DNA of 64,000 nucleotides from Parcubacteria group bacterium Gr01-1014_8 (GTDB lineage Bacteria; Patescibacteriota; Minisyncoccia; Phycocordibacterales; UBA2100): NCBI GenBank assembly GCA_007376385.1, contig VMGC01000003.1, positions 69,259 to 133,258 of the forward strand, read 5' to 3'. Shown piece by piece: positions 46,464 to 54,863 of this stretch (position 1 is its first letter; each line of letters starts with the position of its first letter). The notes under the pieces were generated by a model. It saw only the letters and a program-made list of their open reading frames with translations, ran no database searches and was not told where the DNA came from. The position numbers and the translations under genes were made by a program.

Positions 46464-48171
46464 GCATGAACTATATCATGCAGTATCTTTTGCAGATGAA
46501 AAAAAGGATGTACCATTCTGTTGTACATTCATGTCATCACCCTATGCAGACATATTGCGGAATGCGATAGAAAAACGAGTCTTCGTGAAAGCCAAGAACC
46601 CCGGTGATATCGTTTCATTGGATGGCACACATTCGCTGCCCTGGATATTCGATTTTCGTGCGGCAATGTGTGATTCGGAGCATTTGAATGCATTTGCAGA
46701 GCTTTTTTGGGAGCGATCCGAAAATGAATATCCATTTCAGGTCTGCGGAATGGAAACCGCAGGCATCGCACTCGTTGCCGCTATCTGCATGAAGGGCCAC
46801 GAACGAAATAAGCCGGTGAATGGCCTCTATGTCAGAAAATCAAGGAAAAAATACGGGTTGATGAAGGCATTTGAAGGAACCCCGACAAAAGATCCTGTGA
46901 TATTTGTCGACGACCTTATTAACACGGGCCAGTCGGTGCAAAAAGTCCTCGCGGTATTGCATGATGAGGGATTGACCCTTCGTTCCGTATTCACCATCCT
47001 CGGCGTACGGTCTCTTGATGAGTATGCTTTTCTCGATAAAGCAGGCATCACGTATAGCATGCTCTTTCTATCCGAAGAATTCGGCGTACCTTTGGTAAAA
47101 AGTCAAACGCCGATACGGTACGATGAATTCGATGTGCTGTGGACATTCAAAAGCGGGTCGCCAAGCTACCAGCATGTGGTCCCTAAATCCGCCCCGGCTC
47201 TTGATGCCTCCCACGTATACTTCGGCTCCGATGACGGAATACTGCACGCACTTGACCAGAAAACCGGGGCAGAGCTCTGGAAATATCGTATCGGGATGTT
47301 CCCTTTCGGCAAAGGGATATTTTCAACTCCCGCAGTCGCGAACAAAACCGTATATTTCGGAGCGTATGATGGAAATATGTACGCACTTGCTTCGGATACC
47401 GGAAAACGCCGCTGGGTGTACCGAGACGCGGATTGGATAGGCTCGTCGCCCGCAGTTGCGCCGGACCTAGGATTGCTCTACATCGGCCTTGAATTTGGGC
47501 TCTTCAACAAGAGAGGCGGCATTGCGGCACTTTCCCTGGATACAGGAGAAGAAAAATGGGCTATGCGCTCAATGAATGGACTCACGCACTGCTCTCCCCT
47601 GTATATGAAGGAGGAGCGGGCAGTCGTTATCGGCAGCAATGACGGATCAGTGTATTGTTTTGATGCACATTCCGGAAATGAGCAGTGGACGTACAAGACG
47701 AACGGAAGCGTCAAATCATCGTTCGCATATGACGCGAAGCGCCGGCTCGTCATATTTGGTTCTTTCGACGGCAATGTGTACGCGCTCCGTGCAAAGGACG
47801 GCAAGCCTGTCTGGCACTTCGATATCGGCGAAGCCATCTTTTCGACTCCGTGTCTTCTCGGTGATTATGCATACATGCCGTCTCTGAATAAATACCTGTT
47901 TGCGCTCTCGCTGGATTCCGGCGAAGAGAAGTGGCGTTTTCAAATGAGAGGCAGGATATTTTCCTCGCCCGTGATCGCAGATAATTCTCTTTGGATAGGC
48001 TCCAACGACGGCCGGCTTTGCGAACTTGATCCAGCGACTGGGACAGTGCGCTCTTTCTTCCAGACAAGCGAACGTATTGTAAACGCAGTCGCCTATAATG
48101 CGGCATCGAAAACTTTTTTCGTGCCTACACAGGCAAATGAACTCTACAGTATCAAGAGAAAAAACTCATAA
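46462..48171 (+). CDS. Fusion protein: N-terminal type-I phosphoribosyltransferase domain plus C-terminal PQQ-like beta-propeller repeats (start probably internal, about 46531)
   Basis: PRTase motif VIFVDDLINTGQSV; at least five repeats of G(S/A)xDGxhYAhDxxTGxxxW. Confidence 0.6.
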   Translation: MHELYHAVSFADEKKDVPFCCTFMSSPYADILRNAIEKRVFVKAKNPGDIVSLDGTHSLPWIFDFRAAMCDSEHLNAFAELFWERSENEYPFQVCGMETAGIALVAAICMKGHERNKPVNGLYVRKSRKKYGLMKAFEGTPTKDPVIFVDDLINTGQSVQKVLAVLHDEGLTLRSVFTILGVRSLDEYAFLDKAGITYSMLFLSEEFGVPLVKSQTPIRYDEFDVLWTFKSGSPSYQHVVPKSAPALDASHVYFGSDDGILHALDQKTGAELWKYRIGMFPFGKGIFSTPAVANKTVYFGAYDGNMYALASDTGKRRWVYRDADWIGSSPAVAPDLGLLYIGLEFGLFNKRGGIAALSLDTGEEKWAMRSMNGLTHCSPLYMKEERAVVIGSNDGSVYCFDAHSGNEQWTYKTNGSVKSSFAYDAKRRLVIFGSFDGNVYALRAKDGKPVWHFDIGEAIFSTPCLLGDYAYMPSLNKYLFALSLDSGEEKWRFQMRGRIFSSPVIADNSLWIGSNDGRLCELDPATGTVRSFFQTSERIVNAVAYNAASKTFFVPTQANELYSIKRKNS

Positions 48172-48216
48172 AAAAACGGCGTCGCCCTCTATGACACACA
48201 GTGTTATCCTACGACC

Positions 48217-49644
48217 ATGCTGCAAGATGTGGTGCCGTTCAAGGAATTTGCATCCAAAAAATTCCCCGGTATTGTAGGCCGCGCGATACTGCAATTCATA
48301 GGTGTTTTGGAAAAAGCACTCGGCATCAGAACAGTGATAGACGCTGATGAAGTTCCGTACGGAAAAACAGAGCTCTCCGACCTCTTTTTTATTGCTTCAT
48401 CTTTGAAGAAAGTCGGGACGCTGACCTCATATTCTCAAAGCATTGCGCCGCCGGATGAGCCACGTATCTTCAAATGGCAGGCACGTTACGGAACGGAAAA
48501 TGCGGGCGGCATGTCTGCGCACTCCGACAGGAATGCCCTCACAGCGGCACTCGCAGAATGCGTTGAGCGAAAAATATGGGCCGATAAAACAGATTTTTTT
48601 AAGAAACCTTTTACCGCCTCAACCTCGGAAATGAAAGATACTGCGCATATTTCCCCCGAACGATTCGCCGGCCTTACGGAAAAGCAGCGCACAGAAAAAG
48701 ATTTTTTGAAGATGCAACCTATCAATACATATCTTTGGATACGCGGATACTCTCTCGTTCAAAACAAGCCCATATACATCCCTGCACAGATCGTAAGTAG
48801 AGTTCACGGCATTGCGATAAAAAAGAACAAATCCGAGCCGCTGCTCCGACCGATAATTACAACAGGACTCGCAACGGGACAGACGCGCAAAAATGCGCTC
48901 CTGTCCGGGGCACTGGAAGTCATCGAACGCGATGCTTTCATGGTAACGTGGCTTAACCAGATAACACCCTCCCATATTTCAACGGATGAATTGCTCAAGA
49001 GTGAGACGTTAGATGCTCTCCTTTCAAAGTGTAAACGATACCGGCTTGATGTGGATTTCGTGCGGCTCATGACTGACGCACCAACGTATGTCATCGGTGC
49101 AGTCGTTTCTGACGGCGCGAATATGCCACCTATTGCAATCGGCATGTCCGCGCACCAAGACGCATCGCGTGCCGCCGAAAAAGCACTTTTAGAGGCGCTG
49201 CGTGCGCGCGTCAACACGCGAAATCGCTTAGAAAAATTCCGCGAACGAGCATATAAACCTGTCGAAACTATTTCTCAAGGGGAGCGCTCAATGTATTGGG
49301 CTGTTGACGACCGTTCAAAACAACTGTCATTTTTAACTGCTGGTCCTCTGCAAGCACTGGATGACGAAGCGTGGGACGATGACACCACTGAAGAACATCT
49401 GGAGAGGATAATCGAGTGGTGCAGAAAAAAGAAATACGAACTCGCGGAAATAGACATGACAAACTCTGCTGCAAATACGACTCCGTGGTGCGTAACATTC
49501 GTCGTGATACCGGAAATGCAGCCGTTGCATCAGAACGAAGATCTGCCTTGTATCGGCGGCGCACGCTTGAAAGACATACCTAAACAATTCAGACACGAAC
49601 CTCGCGCGGAACCATTCGTCGCAGCACCGCATCCATTCGTATAA
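48217..49644 (+). CDS. YcaO-domain protein (azoline-forming cyclodehydratase-type)
   Basis: GGMSAHSDRNALTAALAECVER, TTGLATGQTRKNALLSGALEVIERDAF, VDFVRLMTDAPTYVIGAVV and GMSAHQDASRAAEKALLEA match the YcaO ATP-binding / TOMM D-protein signatures. Confidence 0.85.
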   Translation: MLQDVVPFKEFASKKFPGIVGRAILQFIGVLEKALGIRTVIDADEVPYGKTELSDLFFIASSLKKVGTLTSYSQSIAPPDEPRIFKWQARYGTENAGGMSAHSDRNALTAALAECVERKIWADKTDFFKKPFTASTSEMKDTAHISPERFAGLTEKQRTEKDFLKMQPINTYLWIRGYSLVQNKPIYIPAQIVSRVHGIAIKKNKSEPLLRPIITTGLATGQTRKNALLSGALEVIERDAFMVTWLNQITPSHISTDELLKSETLDALLSKCKRYRLDVDFVRLMTDAPTYVIGAVVSDGANMPPIAIGMSAHQDASRAAEKALLEALRARVNTRNRLEKFRERAYKPVETISQGERSMYWAVDDRSKQLSFLTAGPLQALDDEAWDDDTTEEHLERIIEWCRKKKYELAEIDMTNSAANTTPWCVTFVVIPEMQPLHQNEDLPCIGGARLKDIPKQFRHEPRAEPFVAAPHPFV

Positions 49645-49646
49645 CT

Positions 49647-50375
49647 ATGTCTCTACTTTCACTTACACGACTGCACACATATTTGCGCAGCAGTCGTATC
49701 AGAAATAAGCCGGAAAATCCATCGCCGATAACTGCAACAGCAGTATCTTCAAAAAAATACCCTCGAATGCCGCAAATCGAGCTACCGAATGCGGATACTT
49801 CGACGATAACACTCGCCGAAGCAATGCATTCACGAATATCTCAACACGCGTTCGAAGAACAGCCGCTATCGATCGCATCATTATCACAGATACTCAAGAA
49901 CTCGGCGTTCTCAGAAAACGCATCCCATCGTCCCTACCCTTCTGGCGGCGCCCTATTTCCAATCGAGATATATCTGCTCGTTCGTGATGTTGAGTCGCTT
50001 TCTCCTGGTATATATCACTATAGACCCGATGTTCACCGTCTCGAATTCTTGTGGGTACTTTCCGAAAATCTTGAACTGGACGTTACTTTCGACGCATGGG
50101 TAACGAGTGCTCCTGTTCTTATTGTGCTTACTGCACAATGGTCTCGGTCATGGAATAAATATAATGATTTCGGTCTCGAACTCTCTTTGCTTGAAGCAGG
50201 ACACATCGGACAAAATATGCTCCTTTCAGCCGTCGCAACAAATGCATGCGGATGTCCTTGGGGCGGATTTAATGAAAAAAATCTTGCAGATATTCTGGAC
50301 CTCGATAATGAACGCGAACAAGTTGTTTACACGATCGCTCTTGGTCCGAGTATTTCAAAAGCTTCGCCGAATTAA
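49647..50375 (+). CDS. SagB-type dehydrogenase (nitroreductase-family azoline oxidase-like)
   Basis: PYPSGGALFPIEIYLLVRDVESLSPGIYHYRPDVHRLEF and the nitroreductase-fold C-terminus; 3-nt gap after YcaO. Confidence 0.75.
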   Translation: MSLLSLTRLHTYLRSSRIRNKPENPSPITATAVSSKKYPRMPQIELPNADTSTITLAEAMHSRISQHAFEEQPLSIASLSQILKNSAFSENASHRPYPSGGALFPIEIYLLVRDVESLSPGIYHYRPDVHRLEFLWVLSENLELDVTFDAWVTSAPVLIVLTAQWSRSWNKYNDFGLELSLLEAGHIGQNMLLSAVATNACGCPWGGFNEKNLADILDLDNEREQVVYTIALGPSISKASPN

Positions 50376-50472
50376 CGCATGAATCGATCGGGACAGAGAC
50401 GCTTTTCTCAAATCGAAAGGGCCCAGCGTTAGCCAAGCCCCTCCGCACTGCGTCTCCAGAGTAGTCCGAGGG

Positions 50473-50673
50473 CTAACGCTTCCAGCCCGCACAATACGAC
50501 CCGCATCTCTTGCCCTTGTAGCAATTTCTGCAGATCGACATGCATGAGTTGTAATCGTGCGCCGTGGCACACGCCTGCGTGGTGCATGCAGGCATGACCG
50601 GGGTTGACCCCGTTACTCCAAGCAGCAGGGTTAAGGCCCCTGCCAAGCCCAAGAGAGTTTTCCTCGTAGTCAT
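50473..50673 (-). CDS. Small exported Cys/Thr-rich peptide (66 aa); second precursor/bacteriocin-like candidate
   Basis: Sec-like leader MTTRKTLLGLAGALTLLLGVTGSTPVMPA then CTTQACATAHDYNSCMSICRNCYKGKRCGSYCAGWKR (8 Cys). Confidence 0.45.
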   Translation of the reverse strand: MTTRKTLLGLAGALTLLLGVTGSTPVMPACTTQACATAHDYNSCMSICRNCYKGKRCGSYCAGWKR

Positions 50674-50922
50674 TTGCTTTCGCTCCTTTCCACTACATTG
50701 CCCCCTCGAAATATCCGTAGAAAAATGCGGACAATTCGAGAGAGCAATTTCAACTCCCCCGAAAGAACCGCGGCAAATTTCTTTGCCAGCCAGCGAGGAT
50801 TATACCTCAAATAATATGATAAGTCAATCAAGCAATCCGACTTATCCACAGGGTGAAAAGCAAGAAATGAAGCCATTTTTGTGGTATGCATGCGCCTACG
50901 CTTCCCTATAGTTCGCATCAAC

Positions 50923-52200
50923 TCAAACGAGTGTCTCATCAACAACGATCTGGCATTTTCCACGCGCTGTCGGCGGAATGTTCGCGACGAGTATTATTTT
51001 GACCGCAATAGAATTCCCAACTAACTCGCGAACGTTTGATTCGATTCTCTGTGTTGCATTGCCATCGAACAGAGCGCCCGGAACTATTCTCAATTCAAGT
51101 GCACCCTCGGCCGTTTTTGCGAACTGGTATTGGAACACGAGGTCCATGAACATATCCAGCGCTGCATCGAACTCCAGATGATGTATATCCCGCCCGCCGA
51201 AATTCAAGAACGCTGAATATCTTCCCTCGAACCATATTCTCGGAGTTTCAAGGCCGCATGTGCACCCCTCTAACGATATGACTCCGTGATCGCCTGTGTC
51301 ATACCGAATGAACGGCATGTTGTAGTTCGTCAGGTCTGTCAGAATTACCCTTCCCCACTGCCCCGGGGGAAGTACTCTTCCTTCTTCGTCCACTATTTCC
51401 GCAATGATCGATTCGCTGTGCAGGTGCTGTCCATCGTGATATGTGCATTCGCATGCCACAGCGGACATCTCTTCGATGCCGTACCGGTCATACACTTCGC
51501 TTTGCATTGCGGTTTCCAAAAATCCGCGCAGCGCGGGGGGAAGCATTTCGCCGAACGACACAATATATTTCGGCCGTATGCGGGGCAGAGAGAGGTCAGA
51601 GGACAATTTTTGCGCCAAAATAAACAGGATCGAAGTGTAACTCTCCAATACTTCCGGCTTGAATGACGCAAGCTTTCGTATCGCGTCTTCAGGATCGGAC
51701 AAGAACTGTTTGACCGGCATAAAAAAACGGTAGCGCGAGGAGTTCGAACGTATCTTGATGCGGGCGACGCGAAGTTTTGAGAAGTCGAACATAAAAGCAT
51801 GTTGCCAGGAAATGAATCTGAAACAGACCGATTCCAGATATCGCATATCAGTTGAATTGCGCCCGAATAAGAACGTGAACGGCTTCCCGCTCGTGCCCGA
51901 CGTGTTATACCACCGTGAAAATATCTGCTGGCTGTTGTCGATGAGCTCCTCACGCGGACGATCCAAAAAAGTTTCTTTTCGGGTTATCGGAAGCGAGGAG
52001 AGACCTTCCAAAGTGCGTATCTTTTCCGGCTCAATACCAGAAAGAGCATACAACTTTTTATACAAAGGTACGTTCGCCGCCGCATGCATGATGATCATCC
52101 GCAATCTTTTCTCCTGCCATCTTTGTATGGCCGAACGGGACCGACGATGCAAGAGATGAAAACGGAGATATTCGATGCTCTCGCGTATCTCATTGATCAT
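50923..52200 (-). CDS. PaaK-like adenylate-forming enzyme (phenylacetate-CoA ligase / F390-synthetase family)
   Basis: YNTSGTSGKPFTF AMP-binding P-loop in PaaK-type spacing. Confidence 0.65.
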   Translation of the reverse strand: MINEIRESIEYLRFHLLHRRSRSAIQRWQEKRLRMIIMHAAANVPLYKKLYALSGIEPEKIRTLEGLSSLPITRKETFLDRPREELIDNSQQIFSRWYNTSGTSGKPFTFLFGRNSTDMRYLESVCFRFISWQHAFMFDFSKLRVARIKIRSNSSRYRFFMPVKQFLSDPEDAIRKLASFKPEVLESYTSILFILAQKLSSDLSLPRIRPKYIVSFGEMLPPALRGFLETAMQSEVYDRYGIEEMSAVACECTYHDGQHLHSESIIAEIVDEEGRVLPPGQWGRVILTDLTNYNMPFIRYDTGDHGVISLEGCTCGLETPRIWFEGRYSAFLNFGGRDIHHLEFDAALDMFMDLVFQYQFAKTAEGALELRIVPGALFDGNATQRIESNVRELVGNSIAVKIILVANIPPTARGKCQIVVDETLV

Positions 52201-53564
52201 GTGATGTGCTTCGCCCGCTTCAGCGGGATGAATTTTATCGCCTTGCCGTTGGGTCCCTCCGGAATGTGTTCCACCACTTCCCAGGAAACTGCAGCGAGAG
52301 GGTGCAAGATGCTCTCAAGATTCATAGCCAGCTCTTCTTTGTAATTCTCAAAATAGGGACCAGGAATGACTTTGATGGTGAACGCAAAAGGCCCGGTCTG
52401 TACTATCTGAAATTGGTGCACCACTTTCGTATAGCGATCAAATATCTGGGAAAAATCTAGCGATGATACCGTCCTTCCGTCCTCGAATCTCAAGAGTTCA
52501 ATTTGGCGCCCTAGGATGCGTATTGTCCGCAGTGTCCGGCCGCATGAACAAGGCTCTTCGGAAATGACGCCCCTGTCGCCGGTATCGTAGCGAACGAACG
52601 GCATGACGCGATTATCGAATGTCGTAACGACTACTTTGCCCTCCTTACCATACGCGAGAGGTTGGCCCGTATCGTCAGTTATCTCGACATATGCCCATTC
52701 CTCGTTGATATGTAGGCGGTGCTGCTCGCATTCAAAAGCAAGCCATCCCAACTCACGGGTCGAATACGACAAAAAAACCTTGAGGCCAAAGGCTTGATTG
52801 ATCAGTGCACGCCCTTGTTCAGGCAACGCTTCTCCGCCGGCTACGAGGCCCCGGAGGGACAACGATATCCTGCGTTCATTCACGACACGCGCCAGTTCTA
52901 TGAGGGAAGAGGTGAAACCGAACATCACGACTCCTCGGCCGAAGGAATTCAGGAAATCGCGGAGTTCTTCGACTCGATAACGTACGGCATTATACCCGCG
53001 TGAAAAAAAGACCCGCCCGCGCGGTATCGTCACCCCCATGCGCTCACTGACCCTCATCGACACCACCGGATACGACACGCCACCGGCCGCTGTCCGGAAC
53101 ATGCGGGCACATATCGCATACGAGCGCAATTCATGATGAGCATCCAAATAAAAACAAAATGGCGTGCCTGTGGAGCCCGAGGTAAAATCGCGCGACCATT
53201 CATCATCACGATCGCCGTCTGTATAGAGAGTTTCAGAGACCCCGGTGAAATCTTTTTTTGATACGATAGAGATCCGAGAGAAAGGTCCATGTTCCAGCGA
53301 CGACAGATCCATGGAGTGAACTAGTATCTTTTCTCTCCAGAACGCAAATCTCTGCGTCGAACAGAGAAGCGCGGCAAGCCTCTTTTTCTGATATTCGATC
53401 ATTCGCCTGCGCGGCCAATATTGGCTTTTTCCGAGCGCCCAGATGTCAAATCGCAAAGGAATATACCGAACGGGACGGCACCAATATACGAGAACATTTG
53501 TCCATATTCTGTCGCTCCGCCACCACTTCTTCAAAAGCGTAATGTACGCGAACATAACCCTCAA
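52197..53564 (-). CDS. PaaK-like adenylate-forming enzyme, paralogue of the previous gene (start probably about 53402, MIEYQKK...)
   Basis: FTSGSTGTPFCFYLD motif; 4-nt overlap with the downstream paralogue. Confidence 0.65.
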   Translation of the reverse strand: MRVMFAYITLLKKWWRSDRIWTNVLVYWCRPVRYIPLRFDIWALGKSQYWPRRRMIEYQKKRLAALLCSTQRFAFWREKILVHSMDLSSLEHGPFSRISIVSKKDFTGVSETLYTDGDRDDEWSRDFTSGSTGTPFCFYLDAHHELRSYAICARMFRTAAGGVSYPVVSMRVSERMGVTIPRGRVFFSRGYNAVRYRVEELRDFLNSFGRGVVMFGFTSSLIELARVVNERRISLSLRGLVAGGEALPEQGRALINQAFGLKVFLSYSTRELGWLAFECEQHRLHINEEWAYVEITDDTGQPLAYGKEGKVVVTTFDNRVMPFVRYDTGDRGVISEEPCSCGRTLRTIRILGRQIELLRFEDGRTVSSLDFSQIFDRYTKVVHQFQIVQTGPFAFTIKVIPGPYFENYKEELAMNLESILHPLAAVSWEVVEHIPEGPNGKAIKFIPLKRAKHIT

Positions 53565-54863
53565 ACTCTATCAAATGCGCGAGGATCAGAAAGTAACATG
53601 TATCCCCAAAAAGATATCAGATATCCCGTTCGCGACAGGTCGTCGCTATTCGAATATCATTTCTCTATGACACGAGGCCTTATTCTCGCAAGTTCAGCCG
53701 CATTCATCGTGCTTCTTGGCCTTGGCAGCGTGTTCATAGCGCAAACATACGAAACACCTTCAGATCCGAATATCGCGGTGACTGTGCTCAAAACATGTGC
53801 GGAGCACAGACTCGTCGCTTGCGCACGACCCGAGATCCGGAGGCTTCTTACTAATATGTCCGGCGCAGAGATACTGGACCTGTTTTCAGAAAAATTTTCA
53901 ACCGTAAAATGCCACACACTAGGACATATTGTCGGCCAGGAACTCTACCTTGCAAAAAAGAATGTCGAGCATGCGCTTGCGGTATGCAACAATGCATGTG
54001 CTTCTTCGTGCGTACACGGCGTTATCGGCGAAGCTTTTTTGCAAGAAGCTGGCATTACAGAGAAGGAAGGTCTCGATACCCTGCATATGAGTCCGGAAGA
54101 TATACGTGCGCTCGGTATACGACTGTGCGCATCTGTAAGTACGTGCCACGGCGTCGGTCACGCCCTCTTTATGGCATACGGAGAATTTCCGCCTGCACTT
54201 GCCGCATGTTCGGAAATAGCGTCAGGAGCCAGACGCACGTTTTGCTATCGCGGCGTATTCATGCAGTACGCCGACATGGTCTCCGAAAATAGCGTGCGAG
54301 ATGCTGAATACATATCCTTGCCTGCGCGTGGATCGCTTCAGTCTCTTTGTGCGCAAACTTCATCTGATGAATTGCGGGCATGCATGCGATACCTACCCCG
54401 CATATACGCAGAACTCACGGACAGGAGCCAAGCTGGGCTTGAGAAGTTCTGTGAATCATATTCCGACGCAGAACGGCGGATCGGCTGTTTCCTAGGAATT
54501 GGCGTAGCCCGCGCTGATATGGTCTTTAAAGATCCAGCGGCCACGCATCATGTCTGCGAGGATCTTGAGATGACAGGTGACAGAGCGTCCTGTACGCTCG
54601 GTATGATCTCGTCGGCTGCGGAATATAAACGAATCCCTGAATTGCTCTCTTATTGCCAGGCTGTTGGCGAACTCTTTGTGCGCCACATCTGCTATCACGG
54701 TGTTTTCCAAAGCCTAAGCTTCATGATGGCGGAACGTGCAGAAACAGAAGTCATGTCTGAGCACAAGAAATTATGCGAAGGACATGGAAGCGAATGCTTG
54801 AACGGCCTCTATCTGCACAATGCCGATCCATGGGAGACCATCGTCGGCACGAGCAAAAAGTGA
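53421..54863 (+). CDS. Membrane-anchored Cys-repeat protein (about 9 copies of C-x4-12-C-x-[HRY]-G-h-G); start probably 53598 or 53667
   Basis: Repeats CASSCVHGVIGEAF, CASVSTCHGVGHALF, CQAVGELFVRHICYHGVFQS etc.; TM LILASSAAFIVLLGLGSVFI. Confidence 0.5.
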   Translation: MAFSERPDVKSQRNIPNGTAPIYENICPYSVAPPPLLQKRNVREHNPQTLSNARGSESNMYPQKDIRYPVRDRSSLFEYHFSMTRGLILASSAAFIVLLGLGSVFIAQTYETPSDPNIAVTVLKTCAEHRLVACARPEIRRLLTNMSGAEILDLFSEKFSTVKCHTLGHIVGQELYLAKKNVEHALAVCNNACASSCVHGVIGEAFLQEAGITEKEGLDTLHMSPEDIRALGIRLCASVSTCHGVGHALFMAYGEFPPALAACSEIASGARRTFCYRGVFMQYADMVSENSVRDAEYISLPARGSLQSLCAQTSSDELRACMRYLPRIYAELTDRSQAGLEKFCESYSDAERRIGCFLGIGVARADMVFKDPAATHHVCEDLEMTGDRASCTLGMISSAAEYKRIPELLSYCQAVGELFVRHICYHGVFQSLSFMMAERAETEVMSEHKKLCEGHGSECLNGLYLHNADPWETIVGTSKK

